Part shown: positions 32,108-41,228 of the stretch, one piece after another
Position numbering within the stretch: position 1 is the first letter of the stretch
Layout: each line of letters begins with the position of its first letter
IMG/VR virus record: IMGVR_UViG_3300019487_000051
Coordinates: 1 to 43,094 of that record
DNA from: a virus
Strand: one strand, 5' to 3'
Length of the DNA: 43,094 nt
The notes under the pieces: generated by a model
Told to the model about the DNA's origin: nothing
Database searches by the model: none
The model's input: the letters and a program-made list of their open reading frames with translations, nothing else
Made by a program: the position numbers and the translations under genes

Positions 32108-34054
32108 TCACTGGATCGTACCAGTTCCCTCTGTCCCTTCCGCTCCAAGAAGCCTAGGGTTTGGAGGAGGAGCCCCCATTCCGGGAGTTGGAAGAGCTTG
32201 CGGAGGCCCTCCTTGTGGTCCAAGAGCCATCTGTCCTGGCTGTTGAACTGCTGGGGCGGGGAGTTTGGGTAGAACTCGTTCTGTGTCTCCACTTTCGAAA
32301 CTCCTTAAGATATTGTGCATCAAGACGCGACTGCCGTCGTAGATGCTTGATAGGAATTGGAACATCTGTGGGTTTGTTTGTTGGAACTGTTGCATCATTT
32401 GTACAAGTTGGATAACTTGCTGGTAGTACTGCTGCATGGTTTGAGCAAGCATCGTAGAGGTTTGTTTTTCCACCTCACGGTTCAGCGAAGCGTTACTCGC
32501 TGTCAGGTCCATCTGCAACTTCGGGTAGTTTTGAATCTGTTGCAAAATCCTCTGCGAACGTTCGGGACCGAACTTTTCCAACAGCTTTTCATGCACTCCA
32601 CCTATGTGGTAGCTTTTCAAACAAATTCTCGCTGCGCGGGTGATCGCCGAACGGATATCCATGATATTCATATCCGTCCGCATGTTGCCTTCTTGCAACA
32701 TAGAAAGCGTACCGCTAGCGGTATAGACTCCTCGTTTGCCGCCCATCGCTCCGGCACCATAACCGATCATTGGTGGGCTGACGCCACTTCGCCGTTCAGC
32801 AAGGTCGAGTGCGATGCGCTCTTCTTCAAACGGGAAGGTTGTTGGAGTACCAAGCGACTCCGCTCGAATGTCATCCGGGTCGTCGACAATAATCGGTTTG
32901 CCGGGGAAGATCGGGAAGCTGATATCAACGAAGCTATCTTTCTTCACCACGAAGACTTTGGTGTTGCCGATCGTAGCGTTGTCTCGACGTTGGTTGTGAA
33001 TTGTGCTTGCCTCTTCCTGTCCGAGTTCAAGAACCTCAGCAAAGCCGCGGCCGTGCCACATATCGTCCCGTGGGAATAGCCTCCCTCCGACGAAAACGTT
33101 GTCGATGTCGTCTCCGGTAACGTATGGGTTGTGGATCAACCGAACGATTGTATCACTCGCTTTGTGATAAGTACCGATGATCTGGTAATACCTCCCTTCG
33201 GTAAGAGGATAGCGTAGCCAGCACTCATCGAGAGTGTAGCGATTCTGTCCGTAGGTAACTATCCCAGCACTGTTTTCTTGTTGTTGCTCGGCAACGGTCG
33301 CACTGGAGTTGTCCGGGCCACGTTTAAGTAGTTCTTTGACCTTATCCATGTCATAGAACCCCATCCACGCTCGGTGCTCGAGTACTTCCTTCTCCAACCT
33401 CACTCTGTGAGCTTTGAACAACGAATCGCGGATGTTTCTCACTCCCAACGGCCACATCAACCAATCGGTAAGCGGGATTTTTGTCGGCTTCGGCCCGTCG
33501 TATTTGGTAACCGTTCGTTCGACAGCCGAACCTGGCTGTATTCCCGGTTCGACTATAATCTCCCGTTCAGTACTATACGGGACTTTCATCACGCTACTAC
33601 CGAGTTTGATGACATCGAATATCCAGTCTTGGCTGCAGTTGTAGAAGTCCAACTCGCTCTCATCCATCGCTGCGTGTTGCATGAAAGCTTCGAGATCGCG
33701 CTTCGCGTCTTCCGGGAGGTCGCCGAAGACTTTGAACGTAAACAACGGATCGGTTTTGAAAATGAGCGACAGGATACGCGCGACCAGCGTATCAGTGTGG
33801 ATGGCGACGAGCTGAACAACGAAATTGCTTGCTCGATGCCACGGAAAGTTCTTGACTTTCTCAAACGGTTCGCCGTTATATATCCGACGGAAGCGAGGGA
33901 TGTCTGTATCGTAGAGCTGTTTCGTCCCCCGTTCGGATTTGTCGAGATACTCTCGTAGGGCTCGTTTGAGCTCGGTTTCTTTCTCTGTAGTCAGCCTAAT
34001 CGGGATTGCTTTCAGCATATGAACGTTATCTACTCCACAGTCTGATTCCGCCAA
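32108..34054 (-). CDS. Portal protein
   Basis: About 640 aa. Lies in the head block upstream of the scaffold-like and capsid genes and downstream of terminase (a fibre/beta-helix cassette intervenes). N-terminal FPWHRASNFVVQL-type segment, Gln-rich C-terminal tail. The TTG 34054 start is doubtful; ATG 34018 is an alternative. Confidence 0.6.
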   Translation of the reverse strand: MAESDCGVDNVHMLKAIPIRLTTEKETELKRALREYLDKSERGTKQLYDTDIPRFRRIYNGEPFEKVKNFPWHRASNFVVQLVAIHTDTLVARILSLIFKTDPLFTFKVFGDLPEDAKRDLEAFMQHAAMDESELDFYNCSQDWIFDVIKLGSSVMKVPYSTEREIIVEPGIQPGSAVERTVTKYDGPKPTKIPLTDWLMWPLGVRNIRDSLFKAHRVRLEKEVLEHRAWMGFYDMDKVKELLKRGPDNSSATVAEQQQENSAGIVTYGQNRYTLDECWLRYPLTEGRYYQIIGTYHKASDTIVRLIHNPYVTGDDIDNVFVGGRLFPRDDMWHGRGFAEVLELGQEEASTIHNQRRDNATIGNTKVFVVKKDSFVDISFPIFPGKPIIVDDPDDIRAESLGTPTTFPFEEERIALDLAERRSGVSPPMIGYGAGAMGGKRGVYTASGTLSMLQEGNMRTDMNIMDIRSAITRAARICLKSYHIGGVHEKLLEKFGPERSQRILQQIQNYPKLQMDLTASNASLNREVEKQTSTMLAQTMQQYYQQVIQLVQMMQQFQQTNPQMFQFLSSIYDGSRVLMHNILRSFESGDTERVLPKLPAPAVQQPGQMALGPQGGPPQALPTPGMGAPPPNPRLLGAEGTEGTGTIQ

Positions 34055-34395
34055 GCGTACGCGGTATACGAATTATCTGATTCACCAAACTAACTACGAT
34101 AGGTGGGAACCACCATAATCGCCAAGCTTGGTTCAAAAGCGCTCCGGAAGCCATTAATTCCCCGCTCCTGTAAGGTTCATTGAAGTCGTACCGGTTACTG
34201 TGATGATCTCGCTTGGTTGCTGTTCAAGCAACAACACTCCCGAGCAACAAATACCGGTCGGTTGAGGTTTCGAGTTGGTAAGCATCCATTATAGTGCGTC
34301 TAACCGAAAGTTGAGATATCTGCCGTCGCTCCACCGGTATTTGCGTTCGCAAGTTCAAGGTTCGTGCGCACGTAGTGCTTCAACTCGCGCTCGCG

Positions 34396-35280
34396 CTATA
34401 GCTTGCCCCTCAGATCATCATAACCGTGACAATGCAGGTCATACGTACGCATGTTGATAACAGATCTTACCGCTACCTGACTTGATGTGTTGGTGAAGCA
34501 GGTTACCTCAGAACCACCACGGAACCCTGAACCGTCGCTCGCCAGTGCATTAAAGTTGACATTGCTTGGCGCGACATTCGCAACGTCTGGGTCAGTCACG
34601 GTCATAAGGATGGACTCAGTGCCCGCGGTGATCGCATCAATCGCGAGCCTGGCCTTGCACTTAACACCTAACGGGGTGGCTACCACGATCAATTGTCGTG
34701 AGGTGGTGATTGTCCCGCCGAGTGCGCCCGTTGACGATTGCGTGGTCTTCCACCTAAAGTAGTCTCCGGTCTGCACAAATGGTCGAATGATGCCAGTGCC
34801 GTCAGTCAAAACCGCGCCAATTCGTCGCTTTGCGGTGTAACCTGCCGGCATGGTGGGTGCCGAGACGCTCGTTGAGAGCAGGATGTCGCAGACGCCGTCA
34901 GCATCCGTCCTGATCAACCAGACATGATACCAGGTTGAGTTGGCCTTATTGCCGGTGTCAAGGCCTCCCTGACCGGTTCCTGCCACAAAGTTTGCATCAA
35001 GACGTTTCGTGATCGAGGCGGCCAGCTCTAAGTCAAATGTATCTGCGCCAGAACGTGCGACCCCAACCGCGACATCAATATCATTCGTGGCATCTGCAAC
35101 GTTGTTCGAGATTGTCAGGCCGTCAATATAGCCAAGTGGTAGAGTGGCCCCTGATAGCGCCGCCACCTCCGCCTCAAGGGCAAGCACGGCCACCTCAACC
35201 AGGTCAAGTTCAGCAGCAATGGCATCAACCTGCGCCTGTGAGGCCCCACCCGTTTGTTGCCCCTGTATCTGAATGCCCAT
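34396..35280 (-). CDS. Tail fibre-like / receptor-binding-type protein
   Basis: N-terminal coiled-coil (AQVDAIAAELDLVEVAVLALEAEVAAL), then PLGYIDGLTIS and a beta-rich body, a pattern seen in short phage fibres. Confidence 0.4.
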   Translation of the reverse strand: MGIQIQGQQTGGASQAQVDAIAAELDLVEVAVLALEAEVAALSGATLPLGYIDGLTISNNVADATNDIDVAVGVARSGADTFDLELAASITKRLDANFVAGTGQGGLDTGNKANSTWYHVWLIRTDADGVCDILLSTSVSAPTMPAGYTAKRRIGAVLTDGTGIIRPFVQTGDYFRWKTTQSSTGALGGTITTSRQLIVVATPLGVKCKARLAIDAITAGTESILMTVTDPDVANVAPSNVNFNALASDGSGFRGGSEVTCFTNTSSQVAVRSVINMRTYDLHCHGYDDLRGKL

Positions 35281-35288
35281 GATTGCCC

Positions 35289-35621
35289 CTATCCAAGAAT
35301 GCCTGAGATCTGAATGGTCTCTACTGCAGAACCATCAACCGTGATGGTCTCTGGAATGATCGGGTTAGACCGAAGCGTGGTGGATGAGATGCTGATGTTT
35401 GCAAACGGGCACGATGTGGCGCTCGCCGGTGGGACCGCGATCATCATCTGCGCCTCGCCAGTCATCCCCTTACCACCAATGAAGATAAAGCCAACGTTCA
35501 CGCGCCTTTGCGAGATGATGATGGTATCCCAACGACGCGGTGAGGCCATCGATGGGAAGGCGGTGATCAATCGGATCGGAACCCCAGGTGTCAGGAGCAA
35601 ACTTCCAATGAATTCCAGCAT
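35289..35621 (-). CDS. Hypothetical protein in the fibre cassette
   Basis: 110-aa ORF, 8 nt upstream of the fibre-like gene. Confidence 0.35.
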   Translation of the reverse strand: MLEFIGSLLLTPGVPIRLITAFPSMASPRRWDTIIISQRRVNVGFIFIGGKGMTGEAQMMIAVPPASATSCPFANISISSTTLRSNPIIPETITVDGSAVETIQISGILG

Positions 35622-35918
35622 GTTAACTTCTAAGTAAAGTCGTAGGTGAGCTTCTCAAGTTCAGGATACGCCCCAACAAGTGCCACCAAGAGATCCCTTA
35701 AGGCCCGCTGCATCGAGAACTCAGACAGCCGCGACAGTTATCTTATACTCAAACACCTTGGGGATTACCCCCTGCCCCAGACGTTCTGGTAAAGGTAATC
35801 TTTGTGGCATTGCAGCTGGCATAGAATGCCTCAGAATCTTGGACCACCGCCCAATCAGCGGCGGTGGTCAGCTCAAGCAGGGGTGGTAACGTCGTACAGG
35901 CATGCTTCATAATGCTCC

Positions 35919-36806
35919 TTACACCGGACGGGCAGTTGACCAACCAGCTTCTGTTGCGTTGGCCATATAGAGAATACCTGTGCCGATCGTGATAACCGCT
36001 GCTTGGTTGGTTGCGTTAGCGAAGCGGCAACCGGTGATACTTCCGATGTTGGCGTTATCACTCAACAGGATGAAGTCGGTTGGTGCTACACCGGCTTCGT
36101 TACGATCGAAGATGCAATCACGTAGCCAGAGTTCGATGAAATGATCGGCAGCGGCAATTCCGACGTGAACGGTGGTCAGGTCATGGAACCAGCAATTCCG
36201 GAAGAGGATTTGAGTCGGGAAACCGTTGAGATTGGCGCCACCGATAATACCGTTGACTCCCCAAGCGATCTCGCAGTCTTCGAAGATGATGTCTCCGCAG
36301 CCTTGCAAAACGACCTGGCCGGCTGGGTTGGCTGCTTCGTTACCTTCGAGTTTGCAACGGTAGGCTCGGAAACGAGCGACATTGACAGAGTTACTTCCGA
36401 TTTTGAGGCTGTGAGCACCAGTTGCTTCGCTAGCAACGCCGATGTTGATCAACGTAACGTCGTTTGCCAGGACTTGCAAACCGGCGTGTCCGACGGTTGC
36501 TGGTTCGATAAACGCAGCACCGCGCGAGGCAAGGCTGTCGGCTACACCGATAAGAGTGATACCGGTGAGAGTTGCCGGAATGACGAGATTGCCCTCGACA
36601 TATGCTCCGGGAGCGAGGAAGGCAACGTCACCCGGTTGCATCAACGTGAACAGTTCTGTGAGCGTTTGGACTGCCTGGCCTTCACCAACGTACCAGACGT
36701 TCTTCGCGTTGGGAAAGCCCCATTGTACAGGAGTGCTTCTAGCCTCCAGAACACCGGTGAAGGCGTTCGGGACGAGGTCCGGAAAGGTTAGTGATGCAGG
36801 TAGCAT
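35919..36806 (-). CDS. Right-handed beta-helix (pectate-lyase fold) protein, candidate tailspike/depolymerase
   Basis: Repetitive short beta-strand periodicity with Gly/Asn/Ile/Val turns (NLVIPATLTGITLIGV, NDVTLINIGV, GDIIFEDCEI, ILFRNCWFHD), typical of parallel beta-helix repeats. Confidence 0.45.
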   Translation of the reverse strand: MLPASLTFPDLVPNAFTGVLEARSTPVQWGFPNAKNVWYVGEGQAVQTLTELFTLMQPGDVAFLAPGAYVEGNLVIPATLTGITLIGVADSLASRGAAFIEPATVGHAGLQVLANDVTLINIGVASEATGAHSLKIGSNSVNVARFRAYRCKLEGNEAANPAGQVVLQGCGDIIFEDCEIAWGVNGIIGGANLNGFPTQILFRNCWFHDLTTVHVGIAAADHFIELWLRDCIFDRNEAGVAPTDFILLSDNANIGSITGCRFANATNQAAVITIGTGILYMANATEAGWSTARPV

Positions 36807-36814
36807 TTTACCTC

Positions 36815-37225
36815 CTATTGTATACGATTGTTTGTAGGTGGTTTACCGATACGTTCGGTAGCCACGGTATTGCTCGGAGCACTTTCAAGAACAGCGGTAG
36901 TTATCCGAGCGTCTACAGCTGTCACCGCGTAGTAGGTGAATTTGAACCCGGGGGTGAAGCTAGCGTTGATCGTTGTTGTCCGAGAGGTTTTGGGGACTGT
37001 TTTTAACTCGATAAAGGTTTTGGTCAGGTCATCGACCCATTTAAGAGAGAAGTGAGTGATCTGTGCCTCGTCTACGGGATTGTAATCCCACGTAAACGTA
37101 GCAACGTCACCCGTGACCTTCTTCACTGTCATCGTTGGCGGACTGATCTGAGCGCGAAGCAACGGGAGAGGAGATAGGAAAAGCAGTAAGAGGGAGAATG
37201 CGAAACGTTTTGCTCGGTTAGGCAT
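36815..37225 (-). CDS. Signal-peptide-bearing FN3/Ig-like domain protein
   Basis: ATG 37225 lies 1 nt after the TerL stop. MPNRAKRFAFSLLLLFLSPLPLLRAQ looks like a Sec leader. FTWDYNPVDEAQITHFSLKW is FN3-like. Confidence 0.45.
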   Translation of the reverse strand: MPNRAKRFAFSLLLLFLSPLPLLRAQISPPTMTVKKVTGDVATFTWDYNPVDEAQITHFSLKWVDDLTKTFIELKTVPKTSRTTTINASFTPGFKFTYYAVTAVDARITTAVLESAPSNTVATERIGKPPTNNRIQ

Positions 37226-37226
37226 G

Positions 37227-38819
37227 TTAGTAACCTGTCCTTTCGTTGACGTTGCTCTCCAACTTCCGGATGACTGATCGATAGTGTTCGGTTTCTTGCT
37301 CACTCACCGGGCGGCGACAGATCTCATCGCTATGGGAGTAGGCATCGAGCAAATCGACTGTTACTCCGCTTGGAAAGGAGATGTATTCGTTGAAAAACTC
37401 CGTATCGGTGTCGATGAGATAGACTTTACCGGTTTCGAAACGTGGCTGGCAGGCACGAATGCGCTCTTCCTTACTCTTGGTCGTGCTTTTGTTAAACACG
37501 ATCAAGTTCATACGTTTATGCTCGGTGCGAGCTTTATACGCCATGTAGTTTTTGAGGTGGGCATCGCCTCCGTAGCCTTCAATCCCGCATTTCTGCGCTC
37601 GATAGGTTTCGTAAAACTCAAACCCGCGTTGCATCATACGGTCCGTGGAGGTCTTCTCTGCCCAGGTTCGGATGATCCAGTGGTTGTCGTCTTTGTCGAC
37701 TCCAACGACAAGCACGGCGTTGCGGGCTTTGCTCGACTTACCTTCCCGCGCCGGGTCGATGAGAATGAAACGGTTGAGTTGATCGAAAAAGACAGACTTG
37801 TTGTCTTCGGCAACGAGACGTTTGGTCTTCCGCCCGTTAGCATCGAGTTCTTCGATAAGTTTGAAACGCTTCAACCATTCAGGTTCGAAGTCATGTGCAC
37901 CTGGGGCGATTGGATTGTTGAGATACTGACAGCTGTAGACATAACTACCTTGCTTCCGTTCGATTCGACGGAGGTCAGGAACGCTGAACCGCTCGGGGAA
38001 GATCGACTGACCGTCTTCGATTGCACTTCGCGTGTGGAATTCGTATTCCGGTTCGTTCTCTCGAATCCAACTATTCAAATCGCTAAACGACCAACGGTTA
38101 CCGATAACAAGACTGCTAGCAGTTTCGGGACGGTCGTAAGCGCCTTCGAGAAGAACGTGGTATTCGATCACCCGTTTCATTACAGTCTCGCTGTCGGCGG
38201 CTTCCTTGCCAACGAGATCGTCCTCGATGATGAGGTCGTAATGCCGAGATTGCAGAGCGTTACCTACCCCGATAGCTTCGAACGTGCTCTCGGAGAAGTT
38301 TAACGAACGTTTTAAACAAAGCTCGGAGTCGTTCCATTTGGCGTTAGACTCCGGTAGGACCTCTGGCCAAACACCGCGGAGGATCTGATTCTGTTCGAAT
38401 TGATAGCGGGTACTACGCAGGATCTTTTTCGCGTTCTCATCGACACCGGAGACAAGTAGGATGCGAAGGTTTGGATCGTGGAGAGATTGAAAACGTAGTG
38501 CTTCGGTTTCGCTTGCGAGGTTGGTTCGAATGGCGTAGTCGACATCGCTGTCGGTCATTGGCAAAGCCAACCAGACAGGGTAGCTCTTCGACGCAACGGT
38601 TGTTTTGAAATGACCGCGAGGGAGTTCCCAAACTTGTTTGGTACGCAAGCGCTGGAGAGATAGACAGAGCAGGAGGTGAAGACTTGGGGTGATCAGTCGA
38701 AAACCAAGAACGACCTTGCTGAAATAAAACAAGCTGAGTAAGGAGCGGACGCGTATCTCTCGCATCAAATCAACCTCGTTTGTCGAGGTTATCGCTCGTT
38801 CAAGTGTGTTGGTTTGCAC
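37227..38819 (-). CDS. terL: Terminase large subunit
   Basis: WELPRGHFKTT (Walker A-type), LIIEDDLVG (Walker B), nuclease-domain start FILIDPAREG...VLVVGVD. Confidence 0.8.
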   Translation of the reverse strand: MQTNTLERAITSTNEVDLMREIRVRSLLSLFYFSKVVLGFRLITPSLHLLLCLSLQRLRTKQVWELPRGHFKTTVASKSYPVWLALPMTDSDVDYAIRTNLASETEALRFQSLHDPNLRILLVSGVDENAKKILRSTRYQFEQNQILRGVWPEVLPESNAKWNDSELCLKRSLNFSESTFEAIGVGNALQSRHYDLIIEDDLVGKEAADSETVMKRVIEYHVLLEGAYDRPETASSLVIGNRWSFSDLNSWIRENEPEYEFHTRSAIEDGQSIFPERFSVPDLRRIERKQGSYVYSCQYLNNPIAPGAHDFEPEWLKRFKLIEELDANGRKTKRLVAEDNKSVFFDQLNRFILIDPAREGKSSKARNAVLVVGVDKDDNHWIIRTWAEKTSTDRMMQRGFEFYETYRAQKCGIEGYGGDAHLKNYMAYKARTEHKRMNLIVFNKSTTKSKEERIRACQPRFETGKVYLIDTDTEFFNEYISFPSGVTVDLLDAYSHSDEICRRPVSEQETEHYRSVIRKLESNVNERTGY

Positions 38820-38824
38820 GTTAG

Positions 38825-39310
38825 CTAATCTCTCTCTGAAAGCTCTCCACCAGCGACGATTTGCGTCACAGCGACTTGTTGAGCGGTTTGTAAAGCCAAC
38901 GCAGCTTGCTCGGCTGTGATGTGGAAATGTACCGCTGGAACGGTGTTCTTTTTGCTCTCCAAACCGAGAGTTGAGCGGTCAAGGATCTCTGCGGAAGCTG
39001 TCAGCCGAACTCGATCGTTACTACCGTGCATCATAATCCTCGCGATTTCATTCACCGCGCTTGCTGCACTGTCGTTTATCAGTTTTTGCAGATCACTCCC
39101 ACGCTCTTCAAACTCCAAATCCCAGTCAAGACAGACCTGACGTACAGTTTCCCGAGCTTTAGCTCTAAAACTCGGCTTCGCTGCCGCTCGCCTCAACGCG
39201 TTGATATTCCACCCCATGTCACTCGCGGCCTCGCTGAGCGATTGACCACTCACCATGCGGCGCAACAGCTCTTCATCCCGTGCCTCTTGTACGATTTCAT
39301 GAACCGACAT
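38825..39310 (-). CDS. terS: Terminase small subunit (HTH)
   Basis: N-terminal HTH (QSLSEAASDMGWNINALRR). First gene of the late operon, immediately upstream of terL. Confidence 0.5.
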   Translation of the reverse strand: MSVHEIVQEARDEELLRRMVSGQSLSEAASDMGWNINALRRAAAKPSFRAKARETVRQVCLDWDLEFEERGSDLQKLINDSAASAVNEIARIMMHGSNDRVRLTASAEILDRSTLGLESKKNTVPAVHFHITAEQAALALQTAQQVAVTQIVAGGELSERD

Positions 39311-39361
39311 AGGCTACCTCTCCCCCGTTGCTCACTACCCACCCTTTTCACTTTCGCCCTT

Positions 39362-39391
39362 ATTATAACATGTTTTGATTGTTTATGTCAA
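39362..39391 (-). promoter_or_regulatory. Near-consensus sigma70-type promoter for the minus-strand (structural) arm
   Basis: On the minus strand: TTGACA (39391-39386), 18-nt spacer, TGT-TATAAT (39367-39362). About 50 nt upstream of the terS ATG. Confidence 0.65.
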
Positions 39392-39549
39392 CGAACGTTT
39401 TTGCTTCCATTGCCTTTTCAATGACCCTAAACGCAAACCGGTACCAACTTTGTATTGAGTGTTTACGCGGTTGAGGCGATAAGGCATTTTTAGGGGCGCG
39501 GGGGTTTATAGAATCGTAAGATATAGTAAAATTTATCCGAAAAAATCTC

Positions 39550-39578
39550 GTGACTAAAGATTTTTTCTGTGTGATAAT
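39550..39578 (+). promoter_or_regulatory. Sigma70-type promoter P1 (extended -10) for the first early ORF
   Basis: GTGACT (39550-39555), 17-nt spacer, TGT-GATAAT (39573-39578). A 9-bp inverted repeat aaaaaatct/agatttttt (39540-39548 / 39558-39566) brackets the -35. Confidence 0.5.
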
Positions 39579-39633
39579 GATTACATGATCATTTGGATCA
39601 CACTTTAACCTATACCTACAGGAGGGTATAACT

Positions 39634-39864
39634 ATGGCAACTCAATACAATAGTTTTGAACAGATGGTGAAAGCTCTCGGTGAGAGGAAGGTGATGGGGA
39701 TTGTCAACCTACACTTCGAGAGAGAGATGAAGAGAAAGGAGTACAACGAGGTCAGGAACCAGGATCCGGTTGTGATCGAGAAGAGAAAGGCTTACCAGAA
39801 GGACCGCAATGCCAAGATCAAGCTGGCCCTACAGATGTTGGAGGAACGGGAAGGGAAGAACTAA
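39634..39864 (+). CDS. Early protein, function unknown
   Basis: 76-aa Lys/Glu-rich ORF with GGAGGG RBS 8 nt upstream, downstream of P1. Confidence 0.5.
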   Translation: MATQYNSFEQMVKALGERKVMGIVNLHFEREMKRKEYNEVRNQDPVVIEKRKAYQKDRNAKIKLALQMLEEREGKN

Positions 39865-39875
39865 CCCCTGATCGG

Positions 39876-39906
39876 GAGGTGAACGAAGATTGTGTTCGTT
39901 CACCTC
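39876..39906 (+). terminator. 12-bp perfect hairpin directly after the early ORF (no T-run)
   Basis: gaggtgaacgaa (39876-39887) / ttcgttcacctc (39895-39906), 7-nt loop. Confidence 0.4.
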
Positions 39907-39918
39907 TCAAGAGAGAGG

Positions 39919-39943
39919 TTAGAATGGGATGGCCGCTCAACGA
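39919..39943. repeat. 25-nt perfect direct repeat, copy 1 (ttagaatgggatggccgctcaacga)
   Basis: Identical 25-mer at 40934-40958. Confidence 0.9.
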
Positions 39944-40013
39944 ACTATTTTCAATGACCCGGTCATTGATCGTTAACTGTCCGTTCTTTGATTATCTCGT
40001 TGAAAACAAAGGA

Positions 40014-40038
40014 GTTAGCATCAATGAACGACCTTTTT
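40014..40038. repeat. Perfect 25-nt inverted repeat, left copy
   Basis: gttagcatcaatgaacgaccttttt. Exact reverse complement at 40252-40276. Confidence 0.95.
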
Positions 40039-40090
40039 GAAAAAATCGACAAAAATAGAATGTTTGTGTGTGTAGAGGTATAAAAGTTTG

Positions 40091-40124
40091 TTTGTATATG
40101 TTTGTATATGTTTGTATATGTTTG

Positions 40125-40130
<6 letters not shown>
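40091..40130. repeat. Four tandem 10-bp units TTTGTATATG (last unit ...TATA), iteron-like
   Basis: Read directly from lines 40081-40140. Confidence 0.95.
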
Positions 40131-40180
<50 letters not shown>

Positions 40181-40181
40181 T

Positions 40182-40199
40182 ACACATACACATACACAT
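40182..40199. repeat. (ACACAT)3
   Basis: Read directly. This CA-rich stretch mirrors the TG-rich left half of the core. Confidence 0.9.
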
Positions 40200-40251
40200 A
40201 CAACCGTATACATGTATAAACACTCTCCCGCGATGAGAGCCTGAAAAAGCG

Positions 40252-40276
40252 AAAAAGGTCGTTCATTGATGCTAAC
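40252..40276. repeat. Perfect 25-nt inverted repeat, right copy
   Basis: aaaaaggtcgttcattgatgctaac is the reverse complement of 40014-40038. Confidence 0.95.
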
Positions 40277-40447
40277 TCGTTTAGAATCAACGAGTTACAC
40301 AACGAACCGACAGTGTATGATCAAAGAACGGGTCATTGAAAAAAGACCATTGAGCGGACAGGAGATAGCAAAAAGTTTGGTTGACCTCACCAGGCGATAC
40401 GCTATATTCACGGTCCAGGTCTTGAACGACCAGACAAGATAAATTTC

Positions 40448-40473
40448 TTGTATCGTTACGATACAAATTTTTT
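40448..40473 (+). terminator. Weak terminator-like hairpin with T6 just upstream of P2
   Basis: ttgtatcg (40448-40455) / cgatacaa (40459-40466), 3-nt loop, then attttttc. Confidence 0.3.
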
Positions 40474-40475
40474 CG

Positions 40476-40504
40476 TTGATTTGTTCAGTGGAGTGTGTTA
40501 TAAT
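40476..40504 (+). promoter_or_regulatory. Sigma70-type promoter P2 (extended -10)
   Basis: TTGATT (40476-40481), 17-nt spacer, TGT-TATAAT (40499-40504). About 35 nt upstream of ATG 40540. Confidence 0.6.
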
Positions 40505-40539
40505 ATATCCAACAATCAATACAGGGAGGGAGACAGGTT

Positions 40540-40851
40540 ATGAACAAACGTTTAGCAATGAACAAGTCAACTGCCTGGAGAGAGAAACACTCCTGGGATT
40601 TGTTCGGAAAGCGATTGGTTGGGAGGTGTTCGAACTGTTCGGGGAACAACACTGTCCTCCGACGATACGACAACAACCAAACATGGTGTGATTGTTGTCT
40701 AACTCACAACGTGAGAGTGGAAACATTCGGTCGAGTGAGCTCGAGCTCGGACAAGAAGGTCTCCGTCCGAGAGTTGAAAGAGAGACTACGCGCTATCGGA
40801 GTTAGTTGGGAGAGTTTACACGAGAAAGCCGAGATGGTAAAAGGAGACTAG
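40540..40851 (+). CDS. Early zinc-finger protein with SAP/HeH-like C-terminal motif
   Basis: GGAGGGAG RBS. CSNCSG...CDCC. VSVRELKERLRAIGVS resembles a SAP/HeH DNA-binding motif. Confidence 0.5.
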   Translation: MNKRLAMNKSTAWREKHSWDLFGKRLVGRCSNCSGNNTVLRRYDNNQTWCDCCLTHNVRVETFGRVSSSSDKKVSVRELKERLRAIGVSWESLHEKAEMVKGD

Positions 40852-40852
40852 C

Positions 40853-40984
40853 ATGGACAGTGAAGAGTTCAAAGACAAACTCGACAAGTTAGAAGCTGTC
40901 GTGAGGAAGCTAGCGACTCGAGATCGTAACCGCTTAGAATGGGATGGCCGCTCAACGAGGTCGAAACCCGTGGGTCGTTGCTGA
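40853..40984 (+). CDS. Possible 43-aa early ORF (may continue by frameshift into the overlapping 50-aa ORF 40944-41096)
   Basis: ATG lies 1 nt after the upstream stop. Translation MDSEEFKDKLDKLEAVVRKLATRDRNRLEWDGRSTRSKPVGRC. Below the ORF-track size cutoff. Confidence 0.3.
   Translation: MDSEEFKDKLDKLEAVVRKLATRDRNRLEWDGRSTRSKPVGRC
40934..40958. repeat. 25-nt perfect direct repeat, copy 2
   Basis: Identical to 39919-39943. Here it lies inside small overlapping ORFs and contains an ATG (40944). Confidence 0.9.
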
Positions 40985-41228
40985 AGTTAAAGGCGGCTTC
41001 TTCCGCGTGATGAAGGACTGGGAAGCCGTCGATTTGGACGATGTTGTCGAGCACTGGCGAGGACTTCATCACCATCAAGGAGGACGAGTAACATGAGCAA
41101 ACTTGAGCGGGGGAGGTTTACCATATCCCCGCGCACGAGTCGATGCTGACCCGAGAATGTGCGCGAGGTGAGGGACTAGATGTTCATTGAAATTCAAAGA
41201 CCCTTTCAGTCGGTCATTGAAAATACTC

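Noticed and set aside
35622-35943. 64-aa minus-strand ORF 35749-35943 and a 27-aa ORF in the gap between the beta-helix gene and ORF 35289-35621
   Set aside because: The 64-aa ORF overlaps the 3' end of the beta-helix gene and has no clear RBS or motif. There may be a small real gene here, but I cannot support one from the sequence alone.
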